From: an uncultured Desulfobacter sp.
Lineage (GTDB): Bacteria; Desulfobacterota; Desulfobacteria; Desulfobacterales; Desulfobacteraceae
Length of the DNA stretch: 64,000 bases
Direction of reading: 5' to 3'
Assembly: GCA_963665095.1 (NCBI GenBank)
Contig: OY762069.1
Span: 1,792,001-1,856,000 of the forward strand
How positions within the stretch are numbered: the stretch's first letter is position 1; each line of letters starts with the position of its first letter. Below the pieces are notes generated by a model. That model was not told the origin of the DNA. It saw only the letters and a list, made by a program, of their open reading frames with translations, and made no database searches. A program made the position numbers and the translations under genes. Positions 31,351 to 41,027 of the stretch are shown piece after piece.

Positions 31351-33666
31351 CTATTTCCTTTGACACCTGTTCAGCAGCCGGTCAATGCACTGGATATACT
31401 CTATGTTCCTGCAGGGTTTAGACAGATGATCAATGCAGAGATCTTTTTGAGTAAGATCCTTTATGGATTCCAGGAACTCAATATTTCCGGATATAAAAAC
31501 AACAGGAGTACTGGTATCTTTTTTTCGGATGTAACGGTAGATGTCCATGCCGCTTATTCCGCCGGGCAGCATATAGTCCAGACTGATAATATCATACGCA
31601 TTCTGCTCAATCAGTGCCATGGCCTTTTTACCTGTGTCAACCACATCCACCCGGTGGCTGCACGGGGCCTGGGTCAGAATCCGGTACTGGACATCGGATA
31701 TGGCTGGCTCGTCTTCCACCAGAAGAATATATCTGCCCGTGCAGACACCATCCGTTGCAACCTGCCGGATCTCCTCCGGGGTTAATTTTTTCTCAATCAC
31801 CGGCAAAGAGATCTCCACCCGGGTACCTTCCCGGACTTTGGAGGAAACATCAATCCGGCCCTGGTGCTGGGACAGATATTTTTTCACATTGGCCATCCCG
31901 TAACCAGTCCCCTTGATCCCGCCTTTATAGACCTTTGCCTTGTCCCGGGTGCCTTTAAGGGTAAAGGACGGCTCGAAAATCCGGTCAAGATACGCGTCAG
32001 GAATACCGCACCCATTATCTTCAATCTCAATTATAATATACCCGTCTTGATACCCTGTCCGAATGAGAATAACAGGGCGCTCGGAAAGGCTTACGGCATG
32101 AATGGCATTTTGCAGAATATTCACCAGGGCATGTTCTATCATACCGGGGTCAGCAAACAGATCCGGTCCTGCAGAGCTTAAATCCAGGATCAGATGAATA
32201 CCCTCCAGGTCTTTCTGTAAAAGCTTCAGAACCAGTTCAACTTTCTGATTCACAGGAAAAAATTCCTGTCTGGGCTCCTGGTCCCTGGCAAAGGCCACCA
32301 GATTCCGGGTCAGATTTTTGCCTCTTTGGGTCTGCTCCAGCACCAGCTCAAGAGTGTCTTTGACGCCGGGATCCCGGCAATCCATAAGAGAGAGTCCCAC
32401 ATTACCCATGATAATCCCCAGGATATTGTTAAAATCATGGGCCATCTTCCCGGCCACCTGCCCCACCAGGGCCAGTTTCCTGGCTTCGGCAACTTCGGCC
32501 AGGGCGTTCATTTTTTCGGCCTGGATCTGCTTCCGGTCACTGATGTCCCGCAGGGCGGTTATGCGGATCCTGCGGCCAAAGGCATTGAACATCCGGCCCT
32601 GGATTTCAGCGGGAAAGGTGGTTCCGTCTTTGCGAAGGGCCGTGACCTCATAAGGTTTTTCATACCCTGATAAAATATTATTTTTCACCAGATCCCTGTC
32701 ACTGGGCAGTATCCACTCCATACCGTAACGGCCCACAGCCTCATCACGGGTATAGCCGAACATCCTTTGGGCTGTAAGGTTCTGGTCCAGACAGATTCCC
32801 TGGTCAGAGAGGAAAATAGATTCAAAAGAGGCATCTGAAAGGGCTGCCAGCCTTGCCTGACTCTCCTGCAGTTCCTTTTGGGCCCGGACCTGGTCTGTAA
32901 TGTCCCGACAAAGACAGAACACCACCCGGGACCCTTCCCATATCCCCACATTTGTGCTGACCTCGGCATCAAACAATGAGCCGTCTTTACGGCAGCAGAT
33001 GGTTTTAAACACCTCGCCTGCAACCGGTGTGGCGTTTATCCGTTCAAGGATATGGGACTTGGGGAATTTTGCATCCCAATCCCAAACGTTCAGGTCCGAT
33101 ATCTCTTCCATGGTGTACCCAAGTTTTTGGGCAAAGGCGTGGTTCGCATCCCTGACCCGGCCATGCTGGTCCACGATCACAATGCCTTCCCGGGTACCCT
33201 CCACAAGAAGCCGCAGCCAGGCAACCTCTTTTTCAAGGCCTGCCTGTTTTTTCCTGTTCTCCTTTTCCAGTCGAGCCGCCTGGACAGCAAGATCAAGGTT
33301 CAATTGAAGCTCAACATCTGAACAGGTATCTGGAAGAATTCGAAAAAAATGGGGGTTTCTCCGGGGTACAAGCTTTCCCAAATCTTCCAGCCCGGCCAGG
33401 AATAAAGTAGGGACTGCCCCCTGTTGCCAGAGAATGGCCGCACGTTCCAGGGATGACCGTCTGCCCTGCAAAGCAAGATCCGCCACAACAATCTGTGGAT
33501 AATCTGATATGGCAAGCGTACTATCATCTTCCGGAAAACAGGGATGGCAGGAGACAATAAACCCAAGTCGGCTTAAACGTGCCTCCAGATCCGCACACTC
33601 AGGGCCGGGGTCCATGGCGACCCAGACGGCTTTTGTCTCTTTGTGTTTGCCCATATCAAATCCCAT
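31351..33666 (-). CDS. Hybrid sensor histidine kinase (pseudo-receiver, 2 PAS, HisKA/HATPase, receiver)
   Basis: H-box KMAHDFNNIL, N-box NILQNA, DNGCG, GTGYG, and receiver LLVEDE...LDYMLPG...KP. Confidence 0.93.
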   Translation of the reverse strand: MGFDMGKHKETKAVWVAMDPGPECADLEARLSRLGFIVSCHPCFPEDDSTLAISDYPQIVVADLALQGRRSSLERAAILWQQGAVPTLFLAGLEDLGKLVPRRNPHFFRILPDTCSDVELQLNLDLAVQAARLEKENRKKQAGLEKEVAWLRLLVEGTREGIVIVDQHGRVRDANHAFAQKLGYTMEEISDLNVWDWDAKFPKSHILERINATPVAGEVFKTICCRKDGSLFDAEVSTNVGIWEGSRVVFCLCRDITDQVRAQKELQESQARLAALSDASFESIFLSDQGICLDQNLTAQRMFGYTRDEAVGRYGMEWILPSDRDLVKNNILSGYEKPYEVTALRKDGTTFPAEIQGRMFNAFGRRIRITALRDISDRKQIQAEKMNALAEVAEARKLALVGQVAGKMAHDFNNILGIIMGNVGLSLMDCRDPGVKDTLELVLEQTQRGKNLTRNLVAFARDQEPRQEFFPVNQKVELVLKLLQKDLEGIHLILDLSSAGPDLFADPGMIEHALVNILQNAIHAVSLSERPVILIRTGYQDGYIIIEIEDNGCGIPDAYLDRIFEPSFTLKGTRDKAKVYKGGIKGTGYGMANVKKYLSQHQGRIDVSSKVREGTRVEISLPVIEKKLTPEEIRQVATDGVCTGRYILLVEDEPAISDVQYRILTQAPCSHRVDVVDTGKKAMALIEQNAYDIISLDYMLPGGISGMDIYRYIRKKDTSTPVVFISGNIEFLESIKDLTQKDLCIDHLSKPCRNIEYIQCIDRLLNRCQRK

Positions 33667-34110
33667 AACCTAAAAACACCGGTTCGCAAACGACCGGAAA
33701 GGAATGTGACCTAACCCTTATCTTTTTCTATGGGCAAAAGCAAATTCTTTATAGTGTTAATCGGCATGTCTAATCCCGGCCAAGTGCCTTTTTTGACCAG
33801 ACCCGCCCCCATATATTGTGATCGAGGTAAAATTGAAAATCTAAGCCATAATAGACATCGGTGTCGCTTATACCCAATTTTAAAAATAAAGAATCTTGGA
33901 CCGCTGACTCTCAATAACAGCCATGGGCTGACCTGGCATATCAGCACTGAGGTACAGCCCACTGAATCAAGGGGCCTGAAGATTGCAAGATGATAGACAG
34001 CATTAAGAGTATGGTTCCAGCAGCCTTGCCGGATACTTATTTTTTTTCGACATTTAAAATGTAAAAAAGGCATTGCCGCCGGAAAGCAATTTGGTCGTAG
34101 ATCTTTATGG

Positions 34111-35003
34111 CTGAAGTTCGACAGTTAGTTTGCTCAAAACAGTGAAGAACCCCGAAAATACGTTGCCAATATGTAGGAAATGGACGGAAGGTAGTGCCAC
34201 AGAATCAAACGTTTTTTATTGTAATATCAATGTTTGACTTATAATATAGGAATGTCTTTAATAGTTAAGAGGCCCTCAAATGTTTGCAAGAATAAAAAAG
34301 TCCGGCAAGTATCAATATTTGCAGATAGTCGAGAATAGAAAGGAACAGGGTAAGGTCAAACAGCGGGTGATTGCAACAGTCGGACGACTGGATCACCTCC
34401 ATGATAAAGGCAGGGTTGAAACCTTGATCCGGTCCCTGGCCAGATTTTCGGATAAAGCGCTGCTGATCCTTTCCGGGCAAAGTGACGTTAAAGCGGAAAG
34501 CTTAACCATCGGCCCGACATTAATTTTTCAAAGGTTATGGGAAGAAAGTGGAATTCAGGACGTCATCAGATCTTTACTTGCTGAACGGAAATTTGAATTT
34601 GACCTAGAACGGGCGATTTTTCTTACGGTATTACATAGATTGATGACCTCCGGGTCTTGATCAGCTGGTCATGTGTTTTGCAGTTTTCTTGCTCTTTTAT
34701 TGCGAAAAGATCTCGACCGGTGCCTGGCTGAAAATGGATATCATTTTGAATGGAATGATATCAAACAGGACCTGAAAGCACTGAAACGAGTTGAGATTGA
34801 AGAAGATGGTCAACGTTTCTCAATCAGAAGCGAATGTAAGGGGGTATGCGGAAAGATATTTCAATCGGTGCGGGTCGCTCTTCCTTCGACAATTAAGGCG
34901 CTAAATTGATGTAAAAAAGGTAACCGGGTAGTGCCAAGACTTTTTTGTTGTAGGCTATCGCATTGAAATAAAAGAATATTTAAAATCAACTGTCGAAAAT
35001 CAG
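34111..35003 (+). mobile_element. Internally deleted IS1634-family element (non-autonomous)
   Basis: Terminal IRs CTGAAGTTCGACAGTTAG / (rc) CTGATTTTCGACAGTTGA enclosing only the N- and C-terminal parts of the transposase. Confidence 0.8.
34280..34909 (+). pseudogene. IS1634-family transposase with catalytic core deleted
   Basis: MFARIKKSGKYQYLQIVENR..GKVKQRVIATVGRLD...LHRLMTSGS* is followed directly by GHVFCSFLALLL... Confidence 0.85.
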
Positions 35004-35774
35004 TTTACAGATAAAATTGGGGGGGGGACTGGCAAACGCCGGTCCCCGATTTACTTTAAAAACATCATACCTTGTGCCAAGCCGTTATGACAAGGATATT
35101 GAGACTACAAACGATAAAGCTCACCCTCGAATTGTGGGAGGCCGAAGGACTGAAAAAAGAATTGAACGGCTTTATTGACAAGGGTTCAGGTCCACAATGA
35201 TACCATTATTGCGGTCTGCTAAAAAATTTGAATTAGTAGGAATCGGAACCCCCAGGATACACGTAATATTGCTCGCTGTTTTGATGATTTCAAAAGTGTG
35301 GACGTACAGATAAGATGAGAAGGCTGGAACCCACCGTGGTATAATTTCACGGTAAGGAAAATTTAATAAAGGAGGTACCAGCCATGAAACGTAATATCAC
35401 TATTGGTATGGATTTGGGAGATCAGAAAAATGTGGTCGTTGCAATGGATGAAACAGGAAAAGAAATTGAAACAAAAACCATTGTTGAGTCGCATTTTATC
35501 CTGACTTAAATTTTCTAATTATTTTGAACAGATTAAATCTTTTCCATATTATTTAAGACAGCTACAGAAGTCGCTGCGCTCCTTCTCAGTAGGTTTTTAA
35601 GGCATAGGCAGAACAGCTTGAATAAAGCAGAAAGGGGAAGCAGGTAATCCCCACTTCCCCTGGCGCATTATTCAATGCTGCCTGCTTCCGGCTATCCCTT
35701 ACCAGGTTGCTCCTCAGCAGAGCCCGGCTCCGTTTCACCGAAATCGTAATATTCTGCTCTATGGCTGTTTTTTC

Positions 35775-36584
35775 TTAAAAAATTTCCGATGAAGCAATGC
35801 GGACATGCTCTGCAGATACCGTCATTGATTTTTCTGCCGCAGCAGCAATCAATGAGCCTCTGGCAAGATTATTCGCCTTTCGTAAAAGGCCGCCGGAGCC
35901 TTGATGAATCGCAGTCACCGCCTGGTCAGAAAAAAAGTTGGTGTCAACACCGCATAGTTTTAAATGATGGATCAGGTAAGTTTTCATTCCAGCCACATCC
36001 AGACCATCCAGATGGCTTTTAGCCACAATCCTGGATGCAAACGGGATTGACGTCCGGTACTGAAGCTTATCTATCAATGTCGGCTGACCTGCAAGGATCA
36101 CAGGCAGCCAGGGCATGGCGTCTTTTTCAAATTGAACCAGGGTGTGAAGTTCGGCAAAGACTTCCATGCGAAGCAGAGATGCCTCATCTATAATCAAAAC
36201 GGTTTTGATCTTTTTTCCCAGGACGAATTCACGTATTTCATTTTTAATAATGGAGATCATAACAGCGCGGGACGTCGATGTCCGCTCTATGCCCAGTTCT
36301 TCAACAATCTGCCGGTAAAGTTCCATGATGGAACCGCTTGAGGCCGTAACATAAAAGACTTTGTATTCCGAAGGGTGTAGGGATGAGGCGGCATACCTTA
36401 AGGCGGTGGACTTTCCGCTGCCCACATCCCCTGTGATAACCGCACTGCAGCCAAGTCTTAAGGAATAATCAATCCGATTTTTAACGCCCGAGACCTCCGG
36501 GGTGACCAGGATATCATTGATTTCTATCTGCGCCGGGAAGGCCTCCCTGGATAAGCCAAAAAAGGTGCGATACATTTCACTCAT
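35775..36584 (-). CDS. ExeA-family AAA ATPase (transposition helper)
   Basis: MY..FFGL..EAF, Walker A GDVGSGKST, Walker B IIDEA, ILAGQP. Overlaps the stop codon of the transposase gene. Confidence 0.92.
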   Translation of the reverse strand: MSEMYRTFFGLSREAFPAQIEINDILVTPEVSGVKNRIDYSLRLGCSAVITGDVGSGKSTALRYAASSLHPSEYKVFYVTASSGSIMELYRQIVEELGIERTSTSRAVMISIIKNEIREFVLGKKIKTVLIIDEASLLRMEVFAELHTLVQFEKDAMPWLPVILAGQPTLIDKLQYRTSIPFASRIVAKSHLDGLDVAGMKTYLIHHLKLCGVDTNFFSDQAVTAIHQGSGGLLRKANNLARGSLIAAAAEKSMTVSAEHVRIASSEIF

Positions 36585-37837
36585 AACAGTTGCCCTCCCT
36601 TGTAATTTGAGGGTTCAGGCATAATCCGGATATCATTTTCGTTCCAGCGGTGCCGCTTGACCCGACAGTTCACAGCAAGGTCCACCGGGGTTAACAAGCC
36701 ATAAGACTTTGCTTTATAGATAACTTCAGCCTGCAAAGGGGTGTCCTCATGGTACTTTACATCCACATGTCTGCCGATCAGCGCAACCGGGGCCTCAAAC
36801 ATGTTGCCGTCAAGGGTGATGGTTCGGTCCTTTGCCACCTTGCGCCGGGCGGTTTTGCGGAAGTGGTCTTTCAGATCCGGTGGGGCGGTACGGATGCACT
36901 CCATGGCCGAGGTAAATCTTTTAAACGGTGATTCGCCTGTGGAGCTGTGTTTACGCTGATGGTACTCATTATGAAGCCACTTCTCAAATGCCCCATTCAG
37001 ATCATCCAGGGTCTTACCTGTAAATCTTTGCAGAAACTGAAGCCGAACCGTTCTGAACCAGCGCTCGATTTTACCTTTCCCCTGGGGCTTATATGGCCTT
37101 GCATGGATTAAAGCGATGGACAGAGACGCTGCTACATATTTTAAATGATGGGATCTGAACGCAGGACCGTTATCTACATACAGCTTGCGGGGAAGCCCAC
37201 GGCTCAAAAAAGCCTGCTCCAGCACCATAAGATAGGTCTTCAGATTCTCAGATAAATAAAAACCTGCAGCCGTAACCAGCCTGGAATGATCGTCCATAAT
37301 GGCAATCAGGTACGTTTTTCTTTGCTTATCCTGAACCAGGACTGTAGGGCCGTGCATGACGTCGCTTTGCCACATATCATTGGGGTGCGGGGCTTCAAAC
37401 TTTCTTCTATCCTCTGGCCGGGCCGTGTTCATTAGCCCCCGGCCGCGTAAAAAACGGTATACACTGGATGGACTGTATGTCTGGCATGTAGTTTTTTGAA
37501 GTGAACAGATCAATGTATCGACTGTCGCATCAGGCTGGTCTAACCGGAGTTTGATTAGTTGAGATGCAGTCTCGTCATCGAATACCCTTGATTTTCCCTG
37601 GTCTGAACGGTCTTTGGGGTAAAGAGACTCTATTCGACCGTTATACTGCCGGACCCATCCCAGAATCGTACTTCTGGAAAGCCTGGTCCTTCCAGAATAC
37701 GGGATGGACCATTTGCGGGCGCACTTCTGCTGTAAAATTCGTTCTTTTTCACCGTAATCAAAATTTGTTCCGGTCACAAATTCACAAATGACCCCAAACC
37801 TGAACACGGCAACCTCTTTTTTCTGATTTTCTGTCAT
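36581..37837 (-). CDS. DDE integrase/transposase (rve plus Mu-like C-terminal domain)
   Basis: WQSDVMHGP, IMDDHSR, LYVDNG, PYKPQGKGKIERWF, RKVAKDRTI. Confidence 0.93.
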   Translation of the reverse strand: MTENQKKEVAVFRFGVICEFVTGTNFDYGEKERILQQKCARKWSIPYSGRTRLSRSTILGWVRQYNGRIESLYPKDRSDQGKSRVFDDETASQLIKLRLDQPDATVDTLICSLQKTTCQTYSPSSVYRFLRGRGLMNTARPEDRRKFEAPHPNDMWQSDVMHGPTVLVQDKQRKTYLIAIMDDHSRLVTAAGFYLSENLKTYLMVLEQAFLSRGLPRKLYVDNGPAFRSHHLKYVAASLSIALIHARPYKPQGKGKIERWFRTVRLQFLQRFTGKTLDDLNGAFEKWLHNEYHQRKHSSTGESPFKRFTSAMECIRTAPPDLKDHFRKTARRKVAKDRTITLDGNMFEAPVALIGRHVDVKYHEDTPLQAEVIYKAKSYGLLTPVDLAVNCRVKRHRWNENDIRIMPEPSNYKGGQLL

Positions 37838-37940
37838 ACTTCCTCCTTAAAATTTGGTTCTAAGGGCTTGTATGACAGTATGATCCTTCGGTAAATCACA
37901 GCCTTCGGTAGGGTGGTTTAAACCTGATCCAGCCCCATGG

Positions 37941-38387
37941 TTAAATTGAACTGGTAACCGGGATTTTACCCATACCGATTAGCTTGATAAAACCAGCAAC
38001 CACACCTTTGTCCCAACTGTTGGACAGGTAGGCCGCTATATTTCGTTTCAATGCAGTAAACCAAAAATGCTGTCGACTCCAGGAGAGTTCCGGCAGATAC
38101 CGGTCTGTGTATAGACGACTCATAATGCTGGTAAGGATTTGCCAGATACTGGCCTGGAACCTCTTGAAAAAACCATATGGCTTCAATTTGAATACGGTTT
38201 TGCAATAGGGGCAGCGATATCGCTTCAAATACACCCCTTGATCAAATCCATCAAAAAAGGAGAGTACAAAGCCGTGTCCCCACAGCCTGGAGTCGTTGCA
38301 ATGTGGACATCGTGACGGTTTTGGCCATGTAAAATTTTTGCCCTGCTTGAAAATTTGCTTGATATCAGCTTTGACCTTTATTATCAT
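37941..38387 (-). CDS. Cys-rich transposon accessory protein (DUF6431-like)
   Basis: CPHC...LWGHG...RYRCPYC...P..F..R, first gene inside the element. Confidence 0.75.
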   Translation of the reverse strand: MIIKVKADIKQIFKQGKNFTWPKPSRCPHCNDSRLWGHGFVLSFFDGFDQGVYLKRYRCPYCKTVFKLKPYGFFKRFQASIWQILTSIMSRLYTDRYLPELSWSRQHFWFTALKRNIAAYLSNSWDKGVVAGFIKLIGMGKIPVTSSI

Positions 38388-39925
38388 TTTTATGGTTGTT
38401 TTGGGATTTTATAAATCCCGGTCTTAAGGGCGAGGCTCTGCAAAGCTTTTCGCCCTTTTCATTTTTGTCAGAATGCTTTGATCAGAACCTGTACAGGATA
38501 ATTTGAGAAAAATGGAACTTTGTCAATTTAATATGAAAAATTTGGCGGGTTTTTGTTCAGGTTATTTCGGGAATCTACACCATTCGCAATACAGAACTTT
38601 CTCTCCGAAAATTTTTCTCCCGATATTGCGATGCCACTGTTGCCATTGAAGCTGGGACCCATTCTCCGTGGATTAGTAGGTTGTTAAAAGAAATCGGTTG
38701 TACCGTATATATTGGCAATCCACGAAAATTAAGGATTATCTGGGACAGCAATGATAAATCAGATCTCCGGGATGCAAGAATTCTTGCAATGGTTTGCCGG
38801 GTTGAACCCAGATTGCTATGGCCAATAAAGCATAGAGACAGACAAGCCTATGCTGATTTAGGGATCATTAAAGCAAGAGACACCCTGGTGCAAAACCGTG
38901 TTCGAATGATCAATCATATCCGTAGTGTTACCAAAACAAGTGGCAGCAGAATCCCAAAATGCAGCACACCAAGTTTTTCAAAACGGGCGCCAGATTACAT
39001 ACCAAAAGAATCAAGAGGGTCGCTTGACCCATTAATAACCACGATTGATCACCTGACTCAACAAATTAAAGAAATGGATCGTCAAATCAACAAATTATGC
39101 AAAAAGTATTCTGAAACTGAAAAATTACTTCAAGTACCGGGTGTTGGTCCAATCACCGCCTTGGCTTTTGTTTTAACAATAGAAGATCCCCATCGTTTTA
39201 CAAAAAGTCGCCAAGTAGGGGCTTTCCTGGGATTGACACCTAAACGAGACCAATCTGGGAAATGCGATAAACAACTACGAATAAGCAAGGCGGGTAATAC
39301 ATATTTAAGATCTTTGCTTGTCAGTTGTGGACATTACATCATCGGCCCTTTTGGGCCAGAATGTGATTTGCGCGCATTTGGATTATCAATAGTTTTACGT
39401 GGTGGCAAAAATGCAAAGAAGCGTGCCGCGGTAGCTTTGGCCAGAAAACTTGCTGTTCTACTACATAGGTTATGGATAAGTGATCAGAAGTATAATTGCT
39501 TTTATAGTGACGTTGCTAACACAGCTGCATAGGTTTGATTTAAACCCATGACGTCCTGTCCAGGAGACTGCGGACTATCCCTTGCACCGATTTGAAGTGG
39601 ACCCCATGTCAAGACCGATTTTAACGTTTTTTAAGCTACATTTTCTCTGTTTCTAATTTCGAATCAGCCTGTTAAAGACCCTCTTTTCCGGCATATTTTT
39701 CTTGATATTTAATACCGCTATGTTATCCTCCCGCCGCCAACCCGGAGGATAGGGCAATGCTGGGAAGCAACCTGAGCGCCGTGGCTGGCGACGAAGACAT
39801 GGGGGCAGTATACGTTTAATGTATGCTGTCCTTCCCCCATGTTTTTGTCCTTAATGCGTTAAATCCTCGCGCCTTAGCGCGAAATCAATACCCCGTAGGG
39901 CCGCCGGAGGCATCAGGCCTTTCCT

Positions 39926-40732
39926 TTAAGCCGCTCGATAGACCGAAAACGGCACCTTATACCCCAGGGCTGAATGAAGTCTCTCCCGATTATAAAACCC
40001 GATAAACGCTTTTAACGATTGCTGAGCCTCTCTTACCGTTCTGTAGTCCTTCAAATAGACTTCTTCGTATTTAATCGTTCTCCACAGCCGTTCCACAAAA
40101 ACGTTGTCCAAGGCTCTGCCCTTTGAATCCATGCTGATTTTGATGTTTTTAGCCTGGAGTATCTTCAAAAATTTTAATGAAGTGAACTGACTACCCTGGT
40201 CAGTGTTGAAAATCTCAGGTGTCGATACAATCAATGCCTCCTCAAGGGCCTCAATACAAAATGTATTCTCAAGGGTGTTACTGAGGCGCCATGAAAGGAC
40301 ATATCTGCTAAACCAATCCATAACCGCCAATAAGTACATAAATCCGTTTCCAATTCTAATGTATGTGATATCTGTACTCCATACCTGATCTGGCCTGTCA
40401 ATTACGGCATTTTTCAGCAAATAGGGGTAAACTTTATGGCTTTCATCCCTCCTTGTTGTTTTAGGTCCTGGGTAAATCGCTTCTATTCTCATCAGCTTCA
40501 TCAGGCGCTGTACTCGTTTCCTGCTTACCGGATACCCCATATTGTTCAGCCAGGCTGTAAGCCTACGGCTTCCATAAAAGGGGGTTTTGGTATGCTGCTC
40601 ATCAAGCAGATCCATAAGGGTTAATGTATACGGGCTTATGGCTACCGGCCTGTAATACAACGCCCCTTTTGAAACCTGAAGCAGTTCACACTGCCGGTTA
40701 ATGCTGATGGAAGGATGTTGTTTATCTATCAA
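39926..40732 (-). CDS. IS3-family transposase OrfB (DDE)
   Basis: PFYGSRR, VWSTDITYI, MDWFSRYVLSW, FNTDQGSQFTS, DNVFVERLWRTIKYE, YN.ER.HSAL. Confidence 0.93.
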   Translation of the reverse strand: MIDKQHPSISINRQCELLQVSKGALYYRPVAISPYTLTLMDLLDEQHTKTPFYGSRRLTAWLNNMGYPVSRKRVQRLMKLMRIEAIYPGPKTTRRDESHKVYPYLLKNAVIDRPDQVWSTDITYIRIGNGFMYLLAVMDWFSRYVLSWRLSNTLENTFCIEALEEALIVSTPEIFNTDQGSQFTSLKFLKILQAKNIKISMDSKGRALDNVFVERLWRTIKYEEVYLKDYRTVREAQQSLKAFIGFYNRERLHSALGYKVPFSVYRAA

Positions 40733-40742
40733 CCCCCTTCTG

Positions 40743-41027
40743 TCAGAGATTGATTGTATTAACCTTTTTTTTTAACCAGTCATTCTCAACTTCGAGCTGA
40801 CCGATTTTCTTATATAATTCGTCTATTAGATTCTGAGTATCATTTGGGCTTTTCTTTTTCGCTGATGAAAACAACGTCGGAAGACCCTCTATCGCTTCTT
40901 TCTTCCATCTGTTTAACATAGTTCGATGAACCTGGTATTTGGATGACAACTCCGCAAGAGTTTCATTTTCTCGAATCACATCAACTACAACTTTAGCTTT
41001 GAACTTTCCGGTATAATTTTTTCTCAT
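40743..41027 (-). CDS. IS3-family transposase OrfA (HTH)
   Basis: RKNYTGKFKAKV...ELSSKYQVH...WKK...LYKKIGQLEVENDWLKKK. GGAGG RBS before ATG at 41027. Confidence 0.9.
   Translation of the reverse strand: MRKNYTGKFKAKVVVDVIRENETLAELSSKYQVHRTMLNRWKKEAIEGLPTLFSSAKKKSPNDTQNLIDELYKKIGQLEVENDWLKKKVNTINL

Larger units (their letters stand above)
35482..38579 (-). mobile_element. Three-gene DDE (rve/Mu-like) plus ExeA-type ATPase transposon
   Basis: Ends TGTTGAGTCGCATTTTATCCTGA / (rc) TGTAGATTCCCGAAATAACCTGA, with a 4-bp duplication CCAT at 35478-35481 and 38580-38583. Confidence 0.88.
35384..39532 (+). pseudogene. IS110-family DEDD recombinase interrupted by the 35482-38579 element
   Basis: MKRNITIGMDLGD...TKTI (35384-35481) rejoins in frame at 38584 to RNTE...VAIEAG...KSDLRDA...VPGVGPITA...LGLTPKRDQSG...ISKAGN...ALARKLA. 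Reconstructed length is 348 aa. Confidence 0.92.

Noticed and set aside
35004..35307. Possible gene remnant between IS1634 and the IS1111-type element
   Set aside because: Short interrupted frames with no family I can recognise.
35690..35702. AGGGATAG on the minus strand as a second target for the bridge RNA
   Set aside because: Only 8 nt match, and the left-flank bases disagree with the guide. Compatible with chance.
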